This document shows, one piece after another, positions 10,294 to 18,968 of a stretch of 64,000 nucleotides of DNA (the stretch's first letter is position 1; each line of letters opens with the position of its first letter). A program made the translations under genes and the position numbers. Location: NCBI GenBank assembly GCA_024707405.1, contig JANPZU010000006.1, positions 53,164-117,163 of the forward strand, written 5' to 3'. The notes under the pieces were generated by a model. It saw only the letters and a program-made list of their open reading frames with translations. It ran no database searches and was not told where the DNA came from. The stretch comes from Luteimonas sp. (GTDB lineage Bacteria; Pseudomonadota; Gammaproteobacteria; Xanthomonadales; Xanthomonadaceae).

Positions 10294-12362
10294 CCACGGC
10301 TGCCGCCGGCATCTCGCTACAGCGCGACGGCGCGATCCTCGTCGCCCGACTCGACAATCCCCCGGTGAACGCGCTCGCCGCGCCCGTCCGCGCCGCACTG
10401 GCCGATGCGCTGGCGCAAGCGCAGCGCGACCCCGCGATCCGCGCGCTGCTGGTCACCGGATCCGGACGCATGTTCTCCGGCGGCGCCGACATCTCCGAGT
10501 TCGACAAGCCGATGCAGCCGCCGCAATTGCCGGAACTGATCGACCGCTTCGAGGACAGCGACCTGCTCACCGTCGCCGCGATCAACGGCACCGCGATGGG
10601 CGGCGCGCTGGAACTGTCGATGGGCTGCCATTACCGGATCGCGTCGGAGGCGGCGTCGATGGCGTTGCCGGAAGTGAAGATCGGCATCCTCCCCGGCGCC
10701 GGCGGCACGCAGCGCATGCCGCGATTGATCGGCAACGCCGCGGCGCTGGATCTGATCGTCTCCGGCAAGCCGGTGGTGGCGGCCAAGGCGCTGGCGCTCG
10801 GCCTGGTCGACGAATTGGTGCCCGCCGATGGTTTCGAAGGTGCAGCGCTCGACTACGTGCGACGGTTGCTGGAAGCCGGAGGCGCACCGCGCCGTACCCG
10901 CGAGCGCGATGTCGACAATGACGATGCGTTGTTCGGAGCCGCATTGGCGAAACTCCCGGACACGCCGGCCAATTTCGCCGCACGTCGCTGCGTGCTGTCG
11001 GTGCAGGCGGCGTCTCTGCCATTCCGCGAGGGGCAGGCGCGGGAGGCGGCGTTGTTCCTCGAATGTGCGCGCAGCCCGACATCGGCGGCCTTGATCCATG
11101 CGTTCTTCGCCGAACGCCAGGCCGGCAAGGTCGACCGGCTCGATCCGGCCGCGCCGGTACTGCCGATCCGCGACGTCGCCGTGCTCGGCGCGGGCACGAT
11201 GGGCATCGGCATCGCGCTGTCGCTGGCCGACGCCGGGCTCGAGGTGGGCCTGTTCGACAGCGCGGCCGAATCCTTGCAGCGCGCATTGGCGCACATCGAG
11301 AAGCATTACCTGGGATTGGCGGCACGCGGGCGCTTCGACGAGGTCGAGGCACGCGCCCGCATCGCGCGCATCACGGGCGGCGACGACGCGCGGCTGGCGC
11401 GGGTCGACCTGGTGATCGAGGCCGTGTTCGAGGACATGGCGCTGAAGAAGAAGGTCTTCGCGGATCTCGACGCGCGTTGCCGGCCGGATGCGATTCTCGC
11501 CAGCAACACGTCCACATTGGATGTCGACGAAATCGCGTCGGCGACGTCCTCGTCGCATCGCGTGCTGGGCCTGCATTTCTTCAGCCCCGCCAACATCATG
11601 CGGCTGCTGGAGATCGTGCGCGGGCGCCAGACGTCCGACAGCGTGCTGGTCAGCGCGATCACGTTGGCGAAGCGGCTGCACAAGGTCGGCGTCGTCTGCG
11701 GCGTCTGCGACGGCTTCATCGGCAATCGCATGCTGGAAGGTTATGGTCGTGAATCGGGCGTACTGCTGATGGAAGGCGCGTCGCCAGCGCAGATCGATGC
11801 GGCGATCACCGGCTTTGGTTTCGCGATGGGGCCATTCGCGATGTCGGATCTTGCCGGCATCGACGTCGGCTACCGCGTGCGGCAACAGCGTGGCGTCGAT
11901 CCCGCGGACGAGAAAATCTACGCTGTGGGCGATCGGCTGTACGCATTGGGCCGTTATGGCCAGAAGACCGGTGCGGGTTTCTATCGTTACGAGGTGGGCA
12001 ATCGCAAGCCGATCCCCGATCCCGAAGTGGATGCCATCGTCGAGGAGGAGGCGAATCGCCTGGGCATCGTGCGGCGGGCCATTTCCGACGAGGAGATCGT
12101 GGAGCGTTGCGTGCTGCCGTTGATCAACGAAGCGGCCAACATCCTGGATGAAGGCATCGCGATGCGTGCCAGCGACATCGACCTGGTCTGGTTGTACGGT
12201 TACGGCTTCCCGGCATGGCGCGGAGGCCCGATGCACTACGCGAACACCCTTGGCACGGCAGGCGTACTGGAGGCGATCAGTCGGCATGCGCGCGACGACC
12301 GCTACTGGCGACCTGCGCCGTTGCTGGAGCGCCTGGCTGCGGAAGGCAAGCCGTTCGCGTAA
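10290..12362 (+). CDS. bifunctional enoyl-CoA hydratase / 3-hydroxyacyl-CoA dehydrogenase (FadB/FadJ-like)
   Basis: 690 aa. Crotonase N-terminus (FSGGADISEF). NAD-binding GAGTMGIGIA plus a 3HCDH C-terminal domain. The start overlaps the ACAD stop. Confidence 0.9.
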   Translation: MTTAAAGISLQRDGAILVARLDNPPVNALAAPVRAALADALAQAQRDPAIRALLVTGSGRMFSGGADISEFDKPMQPPQLPELIDRFEDSDLLTVAAINGTAMGGALELSMGCHYRIASEAASMALPEVKIGILPGAGGTQRMPRLIGNAAALDLIVSGKPVVAAKALALGLVDELVPADGFEGAALDYVRRLLEAGGAPRRTRERDVDNDDALFGAALAKLPDTPANFAARRCVLSVQAASLPFREGQAREAALFLECARSPTSAALIHAFFAERQAGKVDRLDPAAPVLPIRDVAVLGAGTMGIGIALSLADAGLEVGLFDSAAESLQRALAHIEKHYLGLAARGRFDEVEARARIARITGGDDARLARVDLVIEAVFEDMALKKKVFADLDARCRPDAILASNTSTLDVDEIASATSSSHRVLGLHFFSPANIMRLLEIVRGRQTSDSVLVSAITLAKRLHKVGVVCGVCDGFIGNRMLEGYGRESGVLLMEGASPAQIDAAITGFGFAMGPFAMSDLAGIDVGYRVRQQRGVDPADEKIYAVGDRLYALGRYGQKTGAGFYRYEVGNRKPIPDPEVDAIVEEEANRLGIVRRAISDEEIVERCVLPLINEAANILDEGIAMRASDIDLVWLYGYGFPAWRGGPMHYANTLGTAGVLEAISRHARDDRYWRPAPLLERLAAEGKPFA

Positions 12363-12376
12363 GGCGGCACGACGGC

Positions 12377-13396
12377 ATGGACGAGATGCTTGGGCGGCAA
12401 GGGTTTCCGGCAGCCTTCGGTTTTTCCGACACGTTGCGTGTGCCGGCCAGCGAGACTCTGCATGCCGCGATGCGTCGGCTGCAGCGCCTTCCGGTGCGGC
12501 CGCCACGCAGGCTGGAGGACATTCCGGCGTCGCGCATCGCGTTCGATGCCGCAGTCACCACGGCACTGCATGCGCAGAGTGCCGATGGCGCCGACGCGAT
12601 GCAGGATTCGGCCTGCCGCGTCGAACATTTCGACGGTGTGCCGGTGCTGTGCATCGTGCCGCCGGGTGAACTGCGTGGCGCGGTGATCCACGTCCACGGT
12701 GGGGGCTGGTGCCTTGGCGACCCACGGCCCTTGCAACCGGCGCTCGCGCGCCTTGCGCAGGCGACGTCGACGCTGGTGGCCAGCGTCGATTACCGACTCG
12801 CGCCCGAACACCGGCATCCGTCCGCGCTCGACGATTGCGTGCGTGCAGCGCGGGCACTTGTCGAACGCTTCCGCGAAAAGCACGGGTTCGATGCCCGTCG
12901 CGTCGTGCTCGCTGGCGAGTCGGCTGGCGCGCACCTTGTCTTGATGGCATTGCCGCGATTGCGTGATGCAGGACTGCGCTTCGCAGGCGTGTCGCTCACC
13001 TACGGCTTGTACGATCTTTCCAACACCTTGCCGAGCCGTCGCGGCACCGTGGAGGCGCCTTTGCTCGATGCCGATGCGTGCCGCTTCTACGTCGAGGCCT
13101 ACCTCGGCGAAGGTGCACGCGTGGATGCGTCGTCGTCGCCATGGGCATGGCAGCCGCATGCCTTCGACGACATGCCCCCGGCGCTGTTCTGTGCCGGCAC
13201 GGCCGACCCGCTGCACGACGACAGCGTGGGCATGCACGAGCGCTGGCTGGCCGCATGCAACGATGCCTGGCGCGTCGATTACGAAGGCGCGCCGCATGCA
13301 TTCGACCTGTTGCCGGTGCCCGAGTCGAAGCACCTGGCGGACATGCGCGCGGATTTCGTCCGCTATTGCCTTGCTGATTCCGCAAAGCCCCGGTGA
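12377..13396 (+). CDS. alpha/beta hydrolase, hormone-sensitive-lipase-type esterase
   Basis: First ATG after the fadB-like stop. HVHGGGW oxyanion motif and GESAGAHL nucleophile elbow. Confidence 0.8.
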   Translation: MDEMLGRQGFPAAFGFSDTLRVPASETLHAAMRRLQRLPVRPPRRLEDIPASRIAFDAAVTTALHAQSADGADAMQDSACRVEHFDGVPVLCIVPPGELRGAVIHVHGGGWCLGDPRPLQPALARLAQATSTLVASVDYRLAPEHRHPSALDDCVRAARALVERFREKHGFDARRVVLAGESAGAHLVLMALPRLRDAGLRFAGVSLTYGLYDLSNTLPSRRGTVEAPLLDADACRFYVEAYLGEGARVDASSSPWAWQPHAFDDMPPALFCAGTADPLHDDSVGMHERWLAACNDAWRVDYEGAPHAFDLLPVPESKHLADMRADFVRYCLADSAKPR

Positions 13397-13421
13397 CGAA
13401 CATTCCGTTGAGGAGCACCCC

Positions 13422-13546
13422 ATGCATACAAGCGCGTGGTGGACTGCAACCTGCGCATCCAGGTCAAGCCGGACGGTTCGGGCGTGGTGACCGAGGGCGT
13501 GAAGCTCTCGCCCAATCCGTTCGACGAGATCGTCGACATCGGCTAG
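13422..13546 (+). pseudogene. etfB: electron-transfer flavoprotein beta-subunit (etfB) N-terminal remnant
   Basis: GAGGAG-N6-ATG at 13422, then an out-of-frame [35 protein letters not shown] (13427-13534). This matches EtfB residues ~7-45 and ends VDIG*. Confidence 0.75.
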
Positions 13547-13657
13547 GTCGGCGCCTGTTCACGCTGTTGCCGGAGCTTGAAGCGGTGCTTTGACGTCGGT
13601 CGATTGAATGTTGGCCTGGGCGTTCGGCATGCGTTGGATGGGCTCGATTGAGACGTG

Positions 13658-14389
13658 TCAAGCCTTCTTTGCCGTGGGTGCCTTCTTGTGTGGCCGCCTG
13701 GCAGTCTTCACTGCCGGTTTGTTGCGCGGGGCCGGGGTTCGGGCCGGCTCCTGCTGTCGCACCGTCCCTTCTTCGCCGTGCAGGGTGAGCAGCGATTCCA
13801 TCAGCTGTTCGTCCGCGCTTGAGCAGACCCCGAGGAGCAGGGCCTCATCGCAGCCTTCCGCGGCGATGTAGGCGTGGCCCATGTTGGAGTCGATGTAAAC
13901 GGATTGTCCGGTTTCCAGGACGATCGGATCGTAGAACTCGGTGTGGACTTCCATGCGCCCTTCGAGCACGTGGATGTATTCTTCGCCCGAATGGCGGACC
14001 AGTTCGCCGAATTCCTCGATACTTTTCGCGCGGACGCGTGTCAGCACGGGGATCATGCGCTTGCGGCGCAGTTCCGGGCACAGGTAGTAGTAGTCGTAGT
14101 TGGGCGTATTGACCCGGATGGACTCCTCGATCCGGCCAATGCTGCGACGCGCGGTGACGGAAGGCTCTGGTGACTCGTCCTGCTCGGCGAACAGTTCCGA
14201 CATGCGCAACTGCAGTCGCTGGCTGAGTTGCAGCAACTTGTCATAGGTGAGCGACAGCCGGTCGTGCTCGACCTTGGAGAGCGTGGAGAGGGGGATGCCG
14301 GAATGTTCGCTCATCTGCTTGAGCGTCCAACCCTTGCGCGCCCGCAGCGAACGCAGCAATCCGCCGATGGTGGGGTGTTGCGATGTCAT
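13658..14389 (-). CDS. XRE-family HTH + cupin transcriptional regulator with basic Lys/Ala/Pro tail
   Basis: HTH_3 (LRARKGWTLKQMSEHSGIPLSTLSKVEH). Cupin (GEEYIHVLEGRMEVH...VYIDSNMGHAY). C-terminal tail NKPAVKTARRPHKKAPTAKKA. Confidence 0.85.
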   Translation of the reverse strand: MTSQHPTIGGLLRSLRARKGWTLKQMSEHSGIPLSTLSKVEHDRLSLTYDKLLQLSQRLQLRMSELFAEQDESPEPSVTARRSIGRIEESIRVNTPNYDYYYLCPELRRKRMIPVLTRVRAKSIEEFGELVRHSGEEYIHVLEGRMEVHTEFYDPIVLETGQSVYIDSNMGHAYIAAEGCDEALLLGVCSSADEQLMESLLTLHGEEGTVRQQEPARTPAPRNKPAVKTARRPHKKAPTAKKA

Positions 14390-14496
14390 CCCGGTGGGGT
14401 CTCCATACTGTCCGCGGTCGCCGAATGCGTGGGGTCATCATCGCCTCCACCGGCAAGGGATGGAAAGGGGCGCGGGCAGGATTCTTTCGTCCCGGG

Positions 14497-14540
14497 TTGA
14501 CAATTCTCTGATTAGGATCATTATCGCCGAATCAGGACAG
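14497..14540 (+). promoter_or_regulatory. near-consensus sigma70 promoter with embedded palindrome (copy 1 of a repeated 28-bp element)
   Basis: TTGACA-17 nt-ATTATC. The 28 nt TTGACAATTCTCTGATTAGGATCATTAT are identical to 20707-20734. Contains TGAT-N4-ATCA (14509-14520). Confidence 0.6.
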
Positions 14541-14608
14541 TTTTGTTGATTGCAGCCGGGCGGCAGCGGGCTGCAGTGGCCACACCGATGATGTCACGGG
14601 AGACTTAG

Positions 14609-16621
14609 ATGCGTGCGATTGCCACCCTCCTGTGCGGAGCCATGCTCTCCGCGATCCTGATCCTGCCCTCGATCGCGCAGGAGGCCTCCGTCCCGCCGAT
14701 CGCCGTGCCGCCCGTGGATGTGCTGGCGGCGCCAGCGACGCCAGCGACGCCCGACGCCGTGCCGGGAATCCCCGGGCTCACGCGCGCCGATGCCGAGGCC
14801 TGGCTCGACGGTTTCCTGCCGTACGCGCTTGCCACCGGCGACATCGCCGGCGCCGTGGTGGTGGTGGTCAAGGACGGCCAGGTGCTGCTGCAGAAGGGCT
14901 ACGGCTACGCCAATCTCGCCGAGCGCACGCCGGTCGATCCCGACGCAACGCTGTTCCGCCCCGGGTCGGTGTCGAAGCTGTTCACCTGGACTGCGGTGAT
15001 GCAATTGGTCGAGCAGGGCAAGCTCGACCTCGATGCCGACGTCAACCAGTACCTCGACTTCGAGATCCCGGCGCGCGAAGGCAAGCCGGCGACACTGCGC
15101 CAGATCCTGACCCACACCGCGGGGTTCGAGGAGCAGATCCGGGGCCTGATCACCGCGCGCGAGGACGAGATCACGCCGTTGGGCGACGCGCTCAAGCACT
15201 GGGTGCCCAACCGCATCCATGTGCCGGGCAGTACGCCCGCCTACTCGAACTACGCCACGGCGTTGGCGGGCTATGTCGTCGAGCGCGTGTCGGGCCAGTC
15301 ATTCGACGACTATCTCGACGCGCACATCTTCGGGCCGCTGGGCATGCGCAACGCCAGCTTCCGCCAGCCATTGCCGCCAGCGCTGCTTGCGAACATGTCC
15401 AACGGCTATGCGCGCGCGTCCGACGGCGAGGCGAAGCCCTACGAATTCATCAGCCTCGCGCCCGCGGGCAGTCTTGCCGCGACCGGTGCCGACATGGCGC
15501 GCTTCATGATCGCGCATTTGCAGGACGGTGCGTACGGCGACGCGCGCATCCTCGGCGAACAGACGGCACGGCAAATGCATTCCACCGGGCAGGCCTCGGT
15601 GGGGCCGCTCAACCGGATGATGCTCGGGTTCTACGAAACCTCGGTGAACGGGCATCGCGCGATCTCGCATGGCGGCGACACGCAGTGGTTCCACAGCGAC
15701 CTGCAGCTGTTCCTCGACGATGGCGTCGGCATCTTCGTGTCGATGAACAGTTCCGGTCGCGATGGTGCAACCGGACACATCCGCTACGCGCTCTCGCGCG
15801 GCTTCGCCGACCGCTACTTCCCCGCTGCGCCGGGTACGCACAAGGGGGTATCGGTCGAAGAGGCGAAGCAACATGCGCAGCAGATCGCCGGTACCTACAC
15901 CAGCAGTCGACGCCCGGACAGCAACATCCTTTCGCTGGCGAACCTGCTCGGCCCGGTGAAGGTGGTGCCCAATGAAGACGGCACGATCAGCGTCACCGCG
16001 GCGCTCGGTGCCGGCGGTGCGCCGAAGAAGTGGCGCGAGATCGAGCCTTATCTGTGGCAGGACACCACCAGCACAGATCGCCTGTCGGCGGACGTGGTGG
16101 ACGGGCAGGTCGTGCGTTTCAGCATGGAGCCCTACGCACCGATCATGGTGTTCCAGCGGCTGTCGGCATGGCAATCGCTGGCCATGCCGCTGCTGATGGC
16201 GAGTTTGCTGGTGCTGCTGCTGACGGTGCTCGCCTGGCCGGTTTCGGCACTGGTGCGTCGCTACTACGGCGCGCCTTACCGGCTCGTCGGAAAGGACGCG
16301 CGCGCGCACAGGCTTGTGCGCATCGGCGCCTTGCTGTCGCTGCTGGCGATGGGCGCTGCGTTGGGCCTGGTGGTGATGATGCTCAGCAAGCTCGACATGA
16401 CCAGTCCGTCCAACGACGGCTTGATCATCGTGTTGCGGTTGTTCGCCACCATCGCGTTGCCGCTTGGAGCGGCGATTGCGGTGTGGAATGCCTGGCACGT
16501 GCTGCGCGGCCGTCGACGCTGGCTGGCGAAGTTGTGGGCCGTGCTCCTGTCGCTGGCGTGTTTGTTCCTGCTGTGGATCGGCATCGCCAACCACGTGATC
16601 GGCTTCGGCGCCCACTACTGA
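14609..16621 (+). CDS. beta-lactamase-fold serine hydrolase (D-aminopeptidase/esterase-like) with C-terminal 4-TM domain
   Basis: Signal peptide. SxxK (SVSK), YxN (YSN) and HGG motifs. About 130 C-terminal residues form hydrophobic helices. Confidence 0.85.
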   Translation: MRAIATLLCGAMLSAILILPSIAQEASVPPIAVPPVDVLAAPATPATPDAVPGIPGLTRADAEAWLDGFLPYALATGDIAGAVVVVVKDGQVLLQKGYGYANLAERTPVDPDATLFRPGSVSKLFTWTAVMQLVEQGKLDLDADVNQYLDFEIPAREGKPATLRQILTHTAGFEEQIRGLITAREDEITPLGDALKHWVPNRIHVPGSTPAYSNYATALAGYVVERVSGQSFDDYLDAHIFGPLGMRNASFRQPLPPALLANMSNGYARASDGEAKPYEFISLAPAGSLAATGADMARFMIAHLQDGAYGDARILGEQTARQMHSTGQASVGPLNRMMLGFYETSVNGHRAISHGGDTQWFHSDLQLFLDDGVGIFVSMNSSGRDGATGHIRYALSRGFADRYFPAAPGTHKGVSVEEAKQHAQQIAGTYTSSRRPDSNILSLANLLGPVKVVPNEDGTISVTAALGAGGAPKKWREIEPYLWQDTTSTDRLSADVVDGQVVRFSMEPYAPIMVFQRLSAWQSLAMPLLMASLLVLLLTVLAWPVSALVRRYYGAPYRLVGKDARAHRLVRIGALLSLLAMGAALGLVVMMLSKLDMTSPSNDGLIIVLRLFATIALPLGAAIAVWNAWHVLRGRRRWLAKLWAVLLSLACLFLLWIGIANHVIGFGAHY

Positions 16622-16680
16622 TCCCCGGATGGCCGGCGCGCGCCGGCCTCCTTTCGTTGCCCGTTGCCTTGGGAGAAGCC

Positions 16681-17682
16681 GTGTCGTTCGTCCTCGAGCT
16701 GCACAACGAGCCGTTGCCGATGTCGGCCCCGTTCCGCATCGCCGGTCACGTATTCGATGCGATGCCCGCGACGGTGGTGACATTGCGTGATGGTGAGCAC
16801 GTGGGTCGTGGCGAAGCGGCCGGCGTGTACTACAACAACGACCATCCGGAAACGATGATCGCCACCCTGGAAGCGCTTCGCCCCCGGATCGAGGCGGGGA
16901 TCGATCGTGACGCGTTGCGCACGCTGCTGCCGGCGGGCGGCGCACGAAACGCGCTCGATTGCGCGCTGTGGGAGCTCGAATCGCAACGCAGCGGCTTGCC
17001 CGTGTGGGCGGTCGCGGGGCTGGAGGGCGTGCGCCCGTTGCTGACCACGTTCACCGTCGGGGCCGATACGCCCGAGGTGATGGCAGAGGGCGCTGCAGCC
17101 TATTGGCAGGCACGCGCATTGAAGCTCAAGCTGACCGGTGAGCCGGATCTCGACAGCGCGCGCATACGCGCCGTGCGTGCGAGGTGTCCGGCGCCATGGC
17201 TCGGTGTCGACGCCAACCAGGGCTACGACACCAAGACATTGCCTGCACTCCTGCCGGTATTGGTGGAGGCGAACGTATCGCTGCTCGAACAGCCCTGTCG
17301 CCGGGGCTGCGAGGATGATCTGGACGGCATCGCGCGCGTGGTGCCGATCGCTGCCGACGAGAGCATCCTGGATCTGGCCGAACTCGAGGCGCGCCATCAT
17401 CGCTTCGATGTGGTCAACATCAAACTCGACAAGTGCGGTGGCCTGACCGAAGGGCTGATGATGGCCAGGCGCGCGCGCGAGCTCGGCAAGCAGGTGATGG
17501 TCGGCAACATGTGCGGCACCAGCCTTGCTGCCGCACCTGCGTTCGTGCTGGGCCAGTTCTGCGACGTGGTGGATCTCGACGGCCCGATCTTCCTCGTCCG
17601 CGATCGCACGCCATCGGTTCGCTACGAGGATGGCTACATCCATTGCGACGGTGAAGTGTGGGGGGCGAAGGCGGTCGCGTGA
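16681..17682 (+). CDS. enolase-superfamily dipeptide epimerase (L-Ala-D/L-Glu epimerase-like)
   Basis: GTG at 16681 follows GGGAGAA. ALKLKLTG, VDANQGY, LEQP, ADES and VNIKLDKCGG motifs of the MLE/dipeptide-epimerase subgroup. Confidence 0.85.
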   Translation: MSFVLELHNEPLPMSAPFRIAGHVFDAMPATVVTLRDGEHVGRGEAAGVYYNNDHPETMIATLEALRPRIEAGIDRDALRTLLPAGGARNALDCALWELESQRSGLPVWAVAGLEGVRPLLTTFTVGADTPEVMAEGAAAYWQARALKLKLTGEPDLDSARIRAVRARCPAPWLGVDANQGYDTKTLPALLPVLVEANVSLLEQPCRRGCEDDLDGIARVVPIAADESILDLAELEARHHRFDVVNIKLDKCGGLTEGLMMARRARELGKQVMVGNMCGTSLAAAPAFVLGQFCDVVDLDGPIFLVRDRTPSVRYEDGYIHCDGEVWGAKAVA

Positions 17683-17687
17683 GCGCC

Positions 17688-18941
17688 ATGGCCGACAAGA
17701 CCTGGTTCGGACAGCCGCGCGGGCTGACCATCCTGTTCCTCACCAACATGTGGGAGATGTTCTCCTACTACGGCATGCGCACGCTGCTGGTCTACTACAT
17801 GACCAAGCAGTTGCTGTTCGCGCAGGAGAAGGCCTCCTTCATCTACGGCGCCTACACCGCGATGGCGTACTTCACCCCGATCCTCGGGGGTGCCATCGCC
17901 GACCGCTGGATCGGCAAGCGCAACGCGGTCATCGTTGGCGGCAGCATCATGGCGTTCGGCCATTTCGTGATGGCATTCGAGCCGATGTTCTACATCGCGC
18001 TGGCGACCATCGCGCTGGGCAACGGGCTGTTCCTGCCCAGCCTGCCGAGCCAGATCAACGATCTCTACGCCGCGGATGACCAGCGCCGTGGCCGTGCCTA
18101 CAACGTGTATTACGTCGGTCTCAACATCGGTGGCTTCCTCGCGCCACTGGTCTGCGGCACGCTTGGCGAGTTGTATGGGTGGCATTACGGGTTTGGCGCC
18201 GCGGGCATCGGCATGTTCCTGGGACTGATGATCTATGTCTGCGGCCGCAGGTACCTGCCGCCGGAAGTCGCCCGCAAGGCGCCGCCAGCCGCGGCGACGC
18301 CTCGGGAAGCGCGTGCCGACCAGCGCAATGTGTGGTGGCTGTTGCTGGGGGTGGGCATTGCGGCGACGATCTTCCGCGGCGCCTACGAACAGGTCGGCAA
18401 CACGCTGCCGTTGTGGATCGATACCGGCGTCGATCGTGCCTGGGGCGCGTTGACGATCCCGATGACCTGGTTCCAGTCGCTCAATCCGCTGCTGGTCATC
18501 ACGCTGACGCCACTGCTGCTGCTGGCGTGGCGCAAGCGCGCCGACGCCGGACGCGAGACCACGCCCGCCATCCGCATGGCGATCGGCGCGTTGATCGTCG
18601 CCGGCGCATACCTGTTGCTGGCCGTCGTGACCATGCTCGCCGGTGAGGCGCGGGTGGGGTGGGAATGGCTGGTCATGTTCTTCGTCGTGCTGACGCTGGG
18701 CGAGTTGTACATCCTGCCGACCGGGCTGGGCCTGTTCGCGAAACTCGCGCCCCCGCGATTGGGTGCGACCACCGTGGCGTCCTGGTTCCTGGCGATCTTC
18801 AGCGGCAGCCTGCTCGCGGGCGTGGTGGGCACGTTGTGGTCGAAGGCCAGCCATGGCGGGTTCTTCCTGTTGTTGTCGGGGCTGGCCGTGCTCGCCGCGC
18901 TGCTGCTGTGGCGGCTCGATCGTCCGATCCGCAGTCTGTGA
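17688..18941 (+). CDS. POT/PTR2-family peptide transporter (short, atypical motif)
   Basis: PTR2 signatures FSYYGMRTLLVYYM and FTPILGGAIADRWIGKR. About 12 hydrophobic helices by eye. ATG is 6 nt after the epimerase stop. Confidence 0.85.
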   Translation: MADKTWFGQPRGLTILFLTNMWEMFSYYGMRTLLVYYMTKQLLFAQEKASFIYGAYTAMAYFTPILGGAIADRWIGKRNAVIVGGSIMAFGHFVMAFEPMFYIALATIALGNGLFLPSLPSQINDLYAADDQRRGRAYNVYYVGLNIGGFLAPLVCGTLGELYGWHYGFGAAGIGMFLGLMIYVCGRRYLPPEVARKAPPAAATPREARADQRNVWWLLLGVGIAATIFRGAYEQVGNTLPLWIDTGVDRAWGALTIPMTWFQSLNPLLVITLTPLLLLAWRKRADAGRETTPAIRMAIGALIVAGAYLLLAVVTMLAGEARVGWEWLVMFFVVLTLGELYILPTGLGLFAKLAPPRLGATTVASWFLAIFSGSLLAGVVGTLWSKASHGGFFLLLSGLAVLAALLLWRLDRPIRSL

Positions 18942-18968
18942 ATCGAACCGCCACACTGGAGAAACGAC

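Noticed and set aside
13547-13657. Possible att repeat of the tRNA-Met 3' end near the etfB scar (GGATGGGCTCGATTGAG vs CTATGGGTGGACTCGAACC)
   Set aside because: The match is short, gapped and within chance expectation, so it cannot be called an attachment site.
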